Source: Minutocellus sp. GHC0000111
Taxonomy: Eukaryota
Reading direction: 5' to 3'
NCBI GenBank assembly: GCA_977018835.1
Contig: OZ361259.1
Location: forward strand, 3,844,001 to 3,908,000
Length of the DNA stretch: 64,000 nt
Below are positions 24,051-35,800 of this stretch, piece after piece. How positions within the stretch are numbered: the first letter of the stretch is position 1; each line of letters starts with the position of its first letter. A model generated the notes under the pieces. The model was given only the letters and a program-made list of their open reading frames with translations. It was not told where the DNA came from and made no database searches. The position numbers and the translations under genes are program-made.

Positions 24051-25806
24051 ATGTTTGCAGGCATCCTGGACCTCCTGAGAGTGTGCATTGGACTTCGTTT
24101 TGGTCACATATTTGTAATCCTCTATGGCATTGCCTCCATTCTCCTGGCCACCTTTAATTTTACCGTGCGCAATCAATTGTTGGAACTGAGACGGCCGCAG
24201 GTTGAAGCGGATGCGGAGTCGATGGGATATGCAGCAAATTCTTTGCAACCACAACGTGATTATGTTACCACCAATGCCACCGGGGATAATCGACAAAAGC
24301 AAAAGTCTACTACTTGATGTGCATCCTCTCGGGGGATTGGACTGTACTGATTACGGAGGACCAACGGCAAGAGTAGCCGTCGACGACATGATCTATTGGT
24401 CTGATCTCCCAGCGGATTCCACCTATAAAAGCCCGTTCTCACGCAACAAAGATTCAAGGGAAAAATATCTCACGTTTGAACAGGATGATGCAGGCTTTAA
24501 CAATATGCGATCGTCGATGGAGGTAATCGTTGTATTGGCCCATGCGACGGGACGCACGCTGGTCCTGCCACCGAAACAAAAGATCAATATGCTGGGGGGC
24601 AAGAACGGTGGGGAGGAGGGATGGTCATTGAATGACTTTTTCCATCTTGACTTGCTAGCGAAACAACATGAGGGGATCGATATCATATCAACTGAAGAAT
24701 ATCTTCGAGAAAGAACAGCATCCTCGACTGCCGATGTTGACAACCTACCGCCGCCGCCGCAAGGAAGGATCAATTGGGATCATGCAAGCAAAGAAGAGCG
24801 GAAATTATTGGCGTCATATCTCAGAGAGCACTCCATCATACCTCAGGAATGGGATCCCACCGAGTGCGTCCTGGGAATACCGAGTTCTCCAGGACAACAT
24901 GGGCTAGACGAACTCAGGGAAGCCATGGAAACAGTCGCTCAGATGAAACCGGAGGCAGTTCCATGGGATCCTCCTCCAAAGGATTCATCGGTGGAGTACA
25001 GGTTGAGAGAAATACTTGGTGGGCGCAAAAAGCTGTGTTAATACAATGAGAGACTGCAGGAGGCCCCGGTACTTCACATCCCCCGAGACGAAACATATTT
25101 TCGATTATTGACCCACTGGTATGCCTTCCTCTTATTTCAGGGCCACGAGACTGATCTGTATTACAAACGCTTTGTAAGAGACAACATCCGGCTCCATGAC
25201 GAATTACAGTGCGCTGCGGGTCGCATCGTGGCTGAATTACGGCAAAAGGCACGGGAAATGGGCGACAAGGACGGACGATTCCATACCATGCATATTCGGC
25301 GAGGCGACTTTTTGGAATGGTTTCCAATAACTGGGCTATCGGCAGAGGAATTGTATGAGACAAGTAAAGCAGAGCTTGAAAAATTGTCCGATGTGAGGGT
25401 GCTGTATATTGCGACGGATGAACGAAAAAGGGCCTTCTTTGATCCGTTTCGCAAGAAGTACCATGTGTTCTTCCTAGACGATTTTGGCGATATCGCCAAC
25501 CTTTCCGATAAACGCTTTGGTGGTATGGTTGACCAATTAATAGCAGCCAAGGGAGAAGTGTTCTGGGGCACATTTTGGAGTACATTTTCGGGATATATCA
25601 ATCGATTGCGAGGTTATCACGCAACGAGAGCAGAACTTCCAGGAGCTGAGCGAGGCGAATTGAAGAGATTTTACTTTTCTCCAGAGCAAAAGATAAATCA
25701 GATGCGACAGTACATGCCCGTCAAGCTCCCATTGTTCATGCGCGATTTTCCCACGAGTTGGATCAATTTGGAGAAAGATAACAACAAAGGAACGACAAGG
25801 CGGTAG
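24051..25806 (+). pseudogene. GDP-fucose protein O-fucosyltransferase family; frameshift at ~24315 and in-frame TAA at 25039-25041
   Basis: N-terminal membrane anchor, KYLTFEQDDAGFNNMR, ATGRTLVLPP, MHIRRGDF, LYIATDE, DQLIA and GTFWSTFSGYINRLRGY. Similarity continues across the stop (KKLC*YNERLQEAP). Confidence 0.85.
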
Positions 25807-25835
25807 ACCCTCGCTTTGCTGCAGCTATATTAAAA

Positions 25836-27587
25836 TTACATAGCCAAAGGTGGCAACTTACTGGATATCTCATTCAAGCCCCCCAATACATCGACCTGGA
25901 ACGGAACGAAGTATCGGTATCCCTCACGATTCCCGCGATTGTCTCCAGAAAATGCGGAGCGCAATGGCTCGCCATTGAGAGTGAAGAGAACGTAGTAATT
26001 ATCATTCGCCATACCACCACAATCGGCATCAAAATCTGTTCTCTCACAGAGGCCGACATCGTCTCTCAGCAGCTCTACTTTCAAGTAGCTCCCGTAGTCG
26101 GGCCATACCGCAGGCCTCTCGACGCGAAAGAAGCACATCAAAGCAATGAGAGTGGCATCGTGACCACTAAAGACATGTAAGAGGGGTGCTGACGAAGCAC
26201 GGACCCAACCTGTCGACTCGTCCGATCTTTCCCAGCTGTTTGCTGACTGAGATGCATTCAATACAATCTTCTTCGCCAGGCTGAAGATGGCCATGGGTCC
26301 CAGCCGCTCGTCACTCAACAGCGCAAACCATCTCCATGCATTGTGTTCGTGAACACCGCTCAATTCTGCATCTGTAATGGTCTTTGGCAATTTTCCACGC
26401 ACCTCCAAGCATTTCAATATCTCAGCAAGCTGGTTCCACGCAAGGGGCTTGAGAGACGAGGACGATGACCCACCGTGCGCCTTTTGTCCCAAGTCCGTCG
26501 GTATCTCCGCCTTTGCCTTGCCCGTAGCATCGTCCTCCCCAACACCGAACGACACCTTCAATGCCTCTTGGTCAATAACTCCTGTCTCCAGCAATAATTT
26601 TGTCAACCGCAACGCCAGTGGTTTCATCTTGTCCTCCCTCTTGGTAAATTCAGGACCATTCATCAGCTCTCTCTCCAACTCCGCCTCCCCGACGAACCGT
26701 CGTGGTTGTGGGTCCGGTATCATTTTGTTGGTGTGTCTGGAATCGACGTCGATGATGTCCACAAATGGTTGCTGGTCCGACGATGATTGCAGTATCGACT
26801 CCAACACATCGCCATCACTACCTCCCCTCAACGGTGACAATGACGACCCATTGGGCGACGGCTGCTGCAACAACAGCCCAACCAACAATGCCTGGACGCT
26901 TTGTATGGTCCGGGAAAAGTCCGTCGAGGCCACCCGCAGCCATCGGCTCAGATCGATCCCATCTTTGCCCCCATCACTGGCCGACGACACCAACCCCTTG
27001 AGGGCCACACCGTCGTCTTCTTACTGCATGAGCCGCTCGACGTCTGTCCTCAATTTGACCCCCACCTCGAACATTTGGTGCAGTCCCTCGTTGGTTAGAC
27101 GACCGAACACGTCCCCACCACCGGCCGCGTGGACAGTTTGGGCCTGGTTATCGTCGCGAATGACGTTGGTCCGACGGGCCAATGCCGTCAGCGTATCGTC
27201 CGACGGCAGGAGGGAGGACCAGTACGCCGCGTCGGTGAGAGGTGTTATTGGAGTCCGATCGCCGTGCCGGTGGATGACCTGTGTGACTATGGGAGTTAGC
27301 TACAGGGCCAGTTCGAGTATGTGCGCCTTTTGCCGGTCGGTGCGGAGGGAGGAAGAGTCATTGCTGGAGGAGAGCAGCAGGACGAGTAAGAGGGTCAGGA
27401 GGGAACCGGCGCATGTGCCAATCAGCAACTTGTTTTGTGCTGGTGTAGTTGTTGTTTGTGTCAATGATGAGCTTGGTCGTCGTGCGGACGAGGCAACGAG
27501 TGGGACATGGTCATCGTCTTCCACTACTGACTGCTGTTCGGCAGCGCCGGCGCCGGTGATCGTAGACGCAGACCTTCGGACGGCCAT
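25836..27587 (-). pseudogene. Histidine acid phosphatase (branch 2) with an N-terminal membrane anchor; in-frame TAG at 27300-27302 and TAA at 27021-27023
   Basis: VIHRHGDRTP catalytic motif, GRLTNEG, STDFSRTIQS and SGHDATL all lie in one frame interrupted by two stops. Confidence 0.85.
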
Positions 27588-28099
27588 GGTTGCGGAGCTT
27601 CCTTGGCTTTGTTTGTCTTTGAACCATGAACATACGAGTGCCGTGCTACGTACGTCACAAGGTCTATTGAAACATCCTTCAAAACAGCAAGTTCTAAGTT
27701 GTACCCTGCAAACGGCATAAAACATCCAGAAAATCCGCCCATTTCTGTGGCTTCGACCCAATTTTTCAATAAGACTACGGCACCGAGCCTCAGCCAAAGC
27801 CGTCCTGCTGGTGTGGCCACAACCAAACCAAGCACGCCCAGCGAAGGTGCGGCCGGCCGATACAAAATTTATTCTATTTGCTAGTCCCAAGCCAAGAGAG
27901 AAGTAATTAAAGCGCAGAGCGAAAAAGAGGAGGTAGCAAGCGGGTTCTTGGTGGTCAGCAGGGTGTATCGTATTGTATCCAAGTTGAGAATTGTTTTGAC
28001 ACGGCCCAGACAAAGCCGGCAAAGGGAGCCATCGATCGATCGATTGAAATACGATCTACTGGCCTAGCTAGCTAGTCGCAAACAACTCAATAAATAAAT

Positions 28100-31000
28100 A
28101 TGGCCCGAACCAAGCAGACCGCGCGCAGGACGACCGGGAAACCGCCGTACGCCAAGCCAACGGCGTCGTGGAGCACCCTGCCCCAATTGGCCAGCAAGTT
28201 CAGCCGATACAACCATCTCAGCGCCGGTGATAAGTTCGGCAGGAATACTACGAGCAACAAGGAGGTGAATAGCGCCGGTAGCAATAGCAGTAGTGCAGCT
28301 GCCGGTTCCAGTGTCGATAACAACAAGAAGAAGTCCCACAAGGAAGAGGACGTGATTGTGATACTGGACAGCGACGACGAGGAGGAGAAAAAGGGTGGGG
28401 CGGGTGCCGATGCCGCCGATGTAGGCATTCTAGCCACTACGAAGAAGCAGGCGGGAGACAGTGCCAGTACCAGCAGCAAGGAGCAGGTCGAAAGCAGCAC
28501 AGGCCAAATGAAGGCCAAGAATAAGAAGAATGAGGAACCCAAGAAGACCAAGCCAACAACTCGATTCGATGTATTTCAGGCGCTCCATCAAGTGGACTAT
28601 CCGGGGACCTTCTGCGCTGGGGGTGATGCCAAGGACATACTGCCATCAATTCCGGGATTGGTGATCGATGGCATTGGCCCTGTTCCGCTACCTCTCTCCG
28701 ATGCAATGGCCAAAACCCTCCTTACTGCTGCCCCATCAGATAGTTCTGGTTTGTCGGTGACATCCCTCATGGAGGGACCGACTCATCGAAATACGTATGC
28801 CATCCCAGCCGACAAGGTCACATTCAGCAACCCATCGTGGAAGGGTGGGTTGGACGAGCTGCTCGACAAGGTGTGCGCTCTGCTTGGAGCGGATCGCACC
28901 TGCGTCACGGCCAAGCTGGAGTCCCTGCTGATCATGGAGAAGGGATCAACGGTGAATCAGCCGAGGGCCATCGGTGATGATGGCGATGACGATGACGATG
29001 GCGAGCACATGGGCACACTGATCGTACAGCTCCCATCCATATTTAGGGGTGGGAATGAGTCCATTAGGACTCAATTCGAGTATGTCGAGGAAGAATATGA
29101 TGACGATGAGGAGGAGGGCGAAGCTGACGATGAGAAGGAAAACGAACTGCTCCACGCCGTAGATATGCTGTACATTGCCGCCGATGACAAAACATCTTTG
29201 ACCGCCCAAGATGTCATTCGATCGCTTGTGGATGTCCATTCGTACAAACTGGACCAGGCTCAGAAGCAAAAGGTTGGAGAGTATCTGTCAGATCTGCTCG
29301 CTGTGGATGAAGGAAGTGGCAATCAACCCTCTGAAGAAGTATTGGTTCGAGCTGTCAACCTACTGTTTTTGGCTTCCGACGATGCCCGTGGTATCAATGT
29401 AGGCGATGTGTGCCGATCGGTGGAGGAGGCTCACCGGGTGAAGCTCGACGAAGCCTCAAATAAGATTATCACCCAGCACCTCGATGATCTGCTTCAAGGG
29501 AAGAAGCTTCCCATCGATTTGCCTACTGAGAATTCAACCGACGTGGCAGGTGCACCAGCAGCCCCCCGAGAGGCAGATGCGAATGAGGCGGTCGATGGTC
29601 AGCATGGGCACAGCAAGAATCTGCCTGAGGATGGAATGGCACAAGAGAACAATGATAATGAGATCGAGGAAGAAATGCCGACCGAGACGATCACAAAGCA
29701 GCTAGTTCTCAAGGGCGATGCTGATGATGCCTTTGGGTGCCGTTTCACCTGCTATTTCGCGGACTGCGACTACAGGTGCCAATCACTGTCATCTGGGAGG
29801 CGTTTGGTTTTGTCGTATTCTCTTTGCTACAATTCAAATACTCGCTCTAGCGAAAATGAAAATGTCGACGCCAATGAGGGTATTGATACCAGCTCTGACG
29901 AGAATGTGGCATGTTCCGGTGTACTAGTAGAGACCCCTCCCAAGCCCACTGCAAGGCTTGTCTGTAGTTCCACTATCCCACTCAAGAATACTCTCGACCT
30001 CCTACCCCGATCGGATCGAATCTTTCTTGTTCCACTCGAATTCTTGTATGATAGTAATTCTTTGGTCAATGCCGGCATAGATGCATTATTCGATGTCGAT
30101 CGACGTACTTACCAGAGCCTCAAGGTTGCTACAGAAACCACATGGAAGCTCCTCGTCATTGAAGCTGAGATGGTATTCTCGAAGGTCACAGAATACGAAG
30201 GAGATCTGCTCAAAACCTCCGAAAAATCGAAGTTGACTGCCATGGTGGGGGATAACGGGGAGGCAATATCACCTGCCGATAAAGAATGGATCGAAGGTGT
30301 TGTTGATTTCAATTCTTGCGAACGAAACAGTACTGGGATGATGCTATCGTATGATATGGAGGAAATACCCCACGGAGATCACGACAGCTATTTTGGCCAT
30401 TGCAATTGTGCAGAGTGTAACCCTCCTGACTACACCGCCGAGAATGTTTGGGGTGTGGGAAAGAGCGAGCACGACTCCGAGTACCACGAGATACACCATT
30501 ACGGCCGGTATCGAGACAAGACGACGTATCGTAGCAATTTCCTTCTGGCGTTTGATGTGAATTCTGCTTTTGAATTGAAGCTTCAGGGTGGAGTGGAGGC
30601 AATCAGTGATGCCATTGAGACAATCTCGTTGACGAACGACTACAGCCTACTCAAACGATTGATGGATACTGTCGCGGCGATGCCATCGTCAAAGAAAAAG
30701 CTCCCGGAGAAGTCTTGCTGCAAACTGATGTCGATGGTGATGAACGATGATTGTCCGGTGGAGAAGGACGAAGCAGTATCATTCGCGAAGGTGCTTCTGG
30801 GTAATTTTACTGTCGCAGATGCAAATGGGGAGCCAAGCCAGGAGCTTTTCCGTTGCATGTCGTTGGCTATCCCAAAGATTGGGTGGCAAACCATTATTCT
30901 CCGCCTCTCACGAATCTTCGATGATCGAAGGCGCAAGGGAAAGAAGTTGTTCCTTTCCGTGCCCCAATTCGTTCGCAGGGTCGATTTTATCTTCGACGCC

Positions 31001-32032
31001 AAATACCACTGCAGTCAACAAGAGCTTGATTACTTCCTGAAGCTTTGCGTCGACGATTTGACCGGGTCATCGTGCAATTATTCATCACGTTGTGGTGAAG
31101 AGCATCGCCCTGACTCTGACGCCATTTGTCTTGATATCGAAGCTTGGGTCAAAAAATATGGCTGGAGAATGATTGAACCCGTGGCGCTTGCCTTGTGGGA
31201 AAAGCTGCGAATCGCAAATAAAAATCACTGCCGTGTCTACCGCGAAGAATGCAGGGGGCTGATCAACATGGCTCAGTCACTACTTCGTCTCTATTCTGGA
31301 AGCAAATCTTCATCGTTCCGTTCATCTGTCGAGGTGCCCTTGCGTCGCTGTACACGAGATTTCATCGCAAAGATCGAGTTTCCTGATCGATTCAAAAAAA
31401 TCACAACCAGCGGCCAGTCGGCTACAACAACTTTCGATTTACTTTCTGACAAGGACTGGGTCGATCTCTTTCTGACAAAACGCACCCTCTTTGAGCATGC
31501 CTCGCCGGCACAATTGGTTCAATTTGGGCAATGCTTGGCCAACGATGAAAGCAAGCTGTCAAACCTCCTGAAAACGTTGGGCATCGATCGAAGCCGACCT
31601 CACCCTGTACTTCGCGACGTCCTCAACAAGTGCTTCTTCCAGATTACTGTCGGAGGAAAGTGGAAACGTGAGGCAGGTGCTGACCCTTTCCTTACTGCTT
31701 CTTTGCACGTGAAGAAAGTACTCTCGTCATGCCCTCGTATTGCATCGGAGAGGGACCTGGTCGGGCGCCTGCCCCTGCATAATTCTGTCTCATGCTACTG
31801 GCCAAAATTGGAGAACGTGATGGAGATCTTCAAATTCAACACAAATGCCGGTTCGACTATTGATCCGGTCACGGGCCTTTATCCATTTATGTTGGCGGCC
31901 AGACATGGCAGTATCGACGTGGCGTTTCGGCTTCTCCAGGAAGATCCAAACCTAGTGTCTGGTGGCATTCCGGCCGATAGTCGAAAGAGGAAGAGGGCGG
32001 AGAGCAAGGCCGGGGCTGCAACATCCGATTGA
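28100..32032 (+). CDS. H3-tail-mimic protein 1: H3-like N-terminus, degenerate 2OG-oxygenase-like fold, two DEK-C-like domains, ankyrin-like C-terminus
   Basis: 1310-aa ORF starting MARTKQTARRTTGKPP; contains GTLIVQLPSIFRGG, SGRRLVLSYSL, two helical repeats at ~29140-29500, GRLPLH...DPVTGLYPFMLAA and a C-terminal RKRKR. Confidence 0.85.
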   Translation: MARTKQTARRTTGKPPYAKPTASWSTLPQLASKFSRYNHLSAGDKFGRNTTSNKEVNSAGSNSSSAAAGSSVDNNKKKSHKEEDVIVILDSDDEEEKKGGAGADAADVGILATTKKQAGDSASTSSKEQVESSTGQMKAKNKKNEEPKKTKPTTRFDVFQALHQVDYPGTFCAGGDAKDILPSIPGLVIDGIGPVPLPLSDAMAKTLLTAAPSDSSGLSVTSLMEGPTHRNTYAIPADKVTFSNPSWKGGLDELLDKVCALLGADRTCVTAKLESLLIMEKGSTVNQPRAIGDDGDDDDDGEHMGTLIVQLPSIFRGGNESIRTQFEYVEEEYDDDEEEGEADDEKENELLHAVDMLYIAADDKTSLTAQDVIRSLVDVHSYKLDQAQKQKVGEYLSDLLAVDEGSGNQPSEEVLVRAVNLLFLASDDARGINVGDVCRSVEEAHRVKLDEASNKIITQHLDDLLQGKKLPIDLPTENSTDVAGAPAAPREADANEAVDGQHGHSKNLPEDGMAQENNDNEIEEEMPTETITKQLVLKGDADDAFGCRFTCYFADCDYRCQSLSSGRRLVLSYSLCYNSNTRSSENENVDANEGIDTSSDENVACSGVLVETPPKPTARLVCSSTIPLKNTLDLLPRSDRIFLVPLEFLYDSNSLVNAGIDALFDVDRRTYQSLKVATETTWKLLVIEAEMVFSKVTEYEGDLLKTSEKSKLTAMVGDNGEAISPADKEWIEGVVDFNSCERNSTGMMLSYDMEEIPHGDHDSYFGHCNCAECNPPDYTAENVWGVGKSEHDSEYHEIHHYGRYRDKTTYRSNFLLAFDVNSAFELKLQGGVEAISDAIETISLTNDYSLLKRLMDTVAAMPSSKKKLPEKSCCKLMSMVMNDDCPVEKDEAVSFAKVLLGNFTVADANGEPSQELFRCMSLAIPKIGWQTIILRLSRIFDDRRRKGKKLFLSVPQFVRRVDFIFDAKYHCSQQELDYFLKLCVDDLTGSSCNYSSRCGEEHRPDSDAICLDIEAWVKKYGWRMIEPVALALWEKLRIANKNHCRVYREECRGLINMAQSLLRLYSGSKSSSFRSSVEVPLRRCTRDFIAKIEFPDRFKKITTSGQSATTTFDLLSDKDWVDLFLTKRTLFEHASPAQLVQFGQCLANDESKLSNLLKTLGIDRSRPHPVLRDVLNKCFFQITVGGKWKREAGADPFLTASLHVKKVLSSCPRIASERDLVGRLPLHNSVSCYWPKLENVMEIFKFNTNAGSTIDPVTGLYPFMLAARHGSIDVAFRLLQEDPNLVSGGIPADSRKRKRAESKAGAATSD

Positions 32033-32823
32033 ATCGAATACGATGTTCCAGGTCTATATTAGAATATGTGGCTGATTTTGCTGTGTGGGTAGAATTTATT
32101 TGTGACTTGGAATCAATCGTGGGCGTCTAGATCTTCAGTAGAGCGAGCCTGCCTGCCCGATAGTTTGCTAGAGCTGCGTGCACTGTATCTAAGTAGGCCT
32201 TGCATCTCGGAATCGTGATCGGCTTCGATACTCATTTGAATTACTCTCCCACTTGGTATAAATACGGTGCAGTCAAGTTAGTTTTCTGGCTACCTGTACA
32301 TGTAGGTATTGCAGAGTCTAGAGAAGAATGAATCGAACGCATTCCGCTCCCTGCTACATGTACGTCTATTGCTTTAGCTGCTAAGTCATATACAGTGCAT
32401 CGAATGCGAAGTAGCAGAAACAGAGACGATACTACTTACTATCCCCAAAGGCGGCATGTCCTGGTCGATTGTGCGTGGGCGGCTTGGCTGCTTTCTTGTT
32501 CTTTGAGCTGAGGCGTGTGGCATTTCTGCACATTGGATTTGTCGGGACTCGTTTCGGGACTGATACCGGCCGGCAACCTGCCAGCAGCAGAGCAGCAGGC
32601 GAGCGCCCACAACACAACCGCCTGACTTCGTGGCCACCTATCCCAGCGGACGCGACCTCAGCTCGTTCACCAATTGACAATAATTACTATACCAAGAGAT
32701 AATAAGAAGCGGAAGGCGTACGACGTACATAAGAAAGAGTCAGCGTCGTTGGGTTTCATTCAATATTATCATTCGGCATCGCGGCGTATCCGAATTTTGA
32801 CACCACCACCATTCGACCGTACC

Positions 32824-35800
32824 ATGGCCCGGACCAAGCAGACGGCCCGTCGACCGGGCTTCCCGTACAAGAAGCCGACGGCGTCGTGGAGTACCCTGCC
32901 GGCGTTGGCCAGCCGTCCACGGCCAGCGTTGGGCGACGTCGGTTCGGCGGTGACCAACAGCAGCAACAATGCTCGTGCGAGTAGCGATACCATCAGCAGC
33001 GCCAGCGCCAGCGACAAGGCCAGCAAGGAGGGCAAGCTGAACCAGCAGCAGAAGGAGACGAACAGCAATGCCGACGAGAACGGCGATCTCAATGATATTG
33101 GTAGCAAGGAGAACAATAATGATCCGCAGCCTGGACCATCTGGGATGGACGTCGACGCCACGATGGAGGAGGAAACCATCGAACCAAAGCCGAACGAGGA
33201 TTATAATGATGATGACGACGATATTCCAATGCCGCTGCAGGATGGTAATGTTGGCGATGATGATGCGGATGATGGCCTACCAGCACTACTAGAAGGGACG
33301 GAAGACGCTGGTGACGTTGGAATTCTGGCAGAGTCGAGCACTACCAACAATCATGACGACGTCGAAGACGAAGATGACGATGATGAAGATGATGATGAAG
33401 AAGAAGAGCCCACGACGAGGTTCGATGTGTACCAGACCCTCAAACGCGTATCATTCCCTGGCAGCATTGCTAGCAGTGGATGTGCCGATGACATCCTCCC
33501 ATCCCTCCCTGGTCTGACCATCGGTGGTTGTCCCGTATCGCTCCCGCTGACCGACGCCGCGGCCAAGACGCTGCTCAAACGATCGTCGGTGGCGTGGCCC
33601 GTCCGCGATCCCACGTACCGCAACACGTATCGTGTACCAGCCGATAAGATTGCCTTTGGCAACCACTCGTGGGAGGGTGGGATGGACGATCTGTTGGACA
33701 CGGTCTGCATTCGGTTGGGCATGGAGCGCAGCCGAATCACAGCCAAGCTGGACATGATGTTCGTCATGGAGGCCGGGGCCAAGGTGGAGAAGCGCAAGGA
33801 TGAGAATGAAATGGCAGCCGACGAGGTACTGGGAACTCTCCTCGTCCAGCTCCCATCTGTGTTCACCGGGGGTACCATTCGTATCCGACATGAGTATGAG
33901 TATGTTGAGGAGGAGGAAGAGGAAGAAGACGATGAGGAAGACACCGATGATGATGACGACGAAGACGTGGTGGACGAGGCAACGCTACTCCGAGCTGTCG
34001 ATTTGATCTACATTGCTGTCGAAGACGAAGCAAGTCTGACTGCCAAGGATATCATCCGTTCGCTGGAGAGGGATCACGAGTTCCAGCTGAACCAGGACCG
34101 GAAAGACTTGGTAGAGGAGCGTCTATCGGACCTGGTCGCGGGTGATGTGTTGCCCCAGATTGAGGAGCGTAGAGACAATAGCAGTGGTGACCAGCCATCC
34201 CGTGGTCTGTTGCTCCGAGCTGTCAACCTTCTCTACTTTGCTACATGTACCGATGGTACTGGCTCCTTCGGGGTGAACGAGGTATGCCAATCGATTCAGG
34301 ATGCCCACCAAATCACTCTCGATCAAGGTTCCAAGGAAATTATCACCAATCAGGTGGCTGGGATCATTGCGGGTACAGTGCTCCCAACGCTCGATGATGA
34401 TTTCTCCGATGCTTCGGTGGCAATGAGCGAGGCAGGCAATACTAGTACTGAGGATGGGGGTGATGATGATGAAAAAGAAGAAGAAGAAGAAGAGAAGGAT
34501 ATGATGATGATGAGGGAGGAAAAGATGCAATTCACACTCGGAGCGGGGGATGACTCTGCTTTCGGGTGCAGATTCATGTGCTACTACTCTGGCTGCGAAT
34601 TTAGTATGAAGCAAATTCTCACCGGACGACGCGTTATGTTGGCATATTCTCTGTGCTATGGTGCCGACGACGATGAGGTTGGTGACGAGGAGAATTCTAA
34701 GGAGAAGGAGGTGGCAACGACTGACGAGAAGAGTCTCAAGCCGAATGCAACGCTTGTTTGCTCATCCATGGTACCTCTTCAGAGATCTCTGGCCTTGCTC
34801 CCACGCGCCAACCGCATTTTTCTGCGTCCGCTTTCCTTCAATTATGATAACACGATTCTGGCGAACCATGCCATCGAAGCCTTGGAAGATAGCGATCGCA
34901 GGATTGCCGAAGGCCTAAAGGTGGCGATGGGTCAGGACTGGAGATTATTCATCGTGGAGGCCAGATTGGTTCACAAAAGAATCACTGGGTACTATGGCGA
35001 TATTCTTGAAAGTGATTACCTGCCCGGTGATTTGTTGAAGGTCTTTGACGAGGATGGTGACGAGATGGAGGATGAGACCGAGGATTGGATTGGCTCTATC
35101 TTAGAATTCGCTTCCTGCGAAGTGGATGACAATGGTGCGATCCTTTGCCGGGAGATGGGGGATGCATTCAACACCGGCTGTGACTGCGGCGCGTGTGGAC
35201 GAAACTTTCTGCCCAAAGATTACACCATCGACGACGTCTGGGGGGAAGGTGACTGTGTAACCAGCGACTGTGGCGAGTATGATGACAAAAGAAAGAAGGA
35301 AACTACGTGGAGCAGCAATTTCCTCCTAGCATATGACGAGTCTAGCGAATTCGAGCTAATGGCTCTTGGTGGAAAAATTGCCATGGAGGACGCCGTGGAT
35401 GATGTTGTGTGTTCGTGGGACGCTAGCCTTCTGAAGCGCTTGGTTCAAGCCATTCAGCTGAAAGGATCCAAGTGCGCGTTGCCTCTTAGCTCTTGTCGTA
35501 CACTGCTCTCGACAATTCTAGGGGAAGACGAGGATTCAGAGGAAGATCGTCTGGTCCCGGACAAGAAGGATATGGTGTCGTTTGTCCCCACAGTTCTCCG
35601 CAACCTTTGTTCCGAAGATGAGCCCGATGAGGATCTTTACAAGTTGGTCCTATCTGCCATTGAAAAGCTCGGCTGGCACAATCTCGTCGAACCAATTGCA
35701 ACTTTGATGAAGAAGAAGGCCAAATTGCAAACGTTGAAGCTCCCGCAATTCCTGAGCCGCGTCGAGTTCATTTTCAAGGCTGAAGCAAACTCTTCCTGCA

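Noticed and set aside
26990..27030. Mini-intron starting GTAAGA that would remove the phosphatase TAA
   Set aside because: The plausible nearby acceptor (CAAG) gives a 28-nt out-of-frame intron with no pyrimidine tract, verified introns here are 100-135 nt, and the upstream TAG would remain.
25039..27302. TAA/TAG codon reassignment explaining the in-frame stops
   Set aside because: Many intact genes here end in TAA or TAG, the stop contexts imply different residues, and frameshifts co-occur in the same region.
26377..27720. 447-aa plus-strand ORF
   Set aside because: Antisense shadow of the acid phosphatase pseudogene; no recognisable motifs.
28100..28200. Canonical histone H3 or CENH3 gene
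   Set aside because: Only the tail matches; no histone fold (KPHRYRPG, LLIRKLPF) follows in either paralogue.
32674..32823. 50-aa N-terminal extension of H3-mimic protein 2 shown in the ORF track
   Set aside because: It starts at a non-ATG codon; the first ATG (32824, accATGG context) aligns exactly with the start of paralogue 1.
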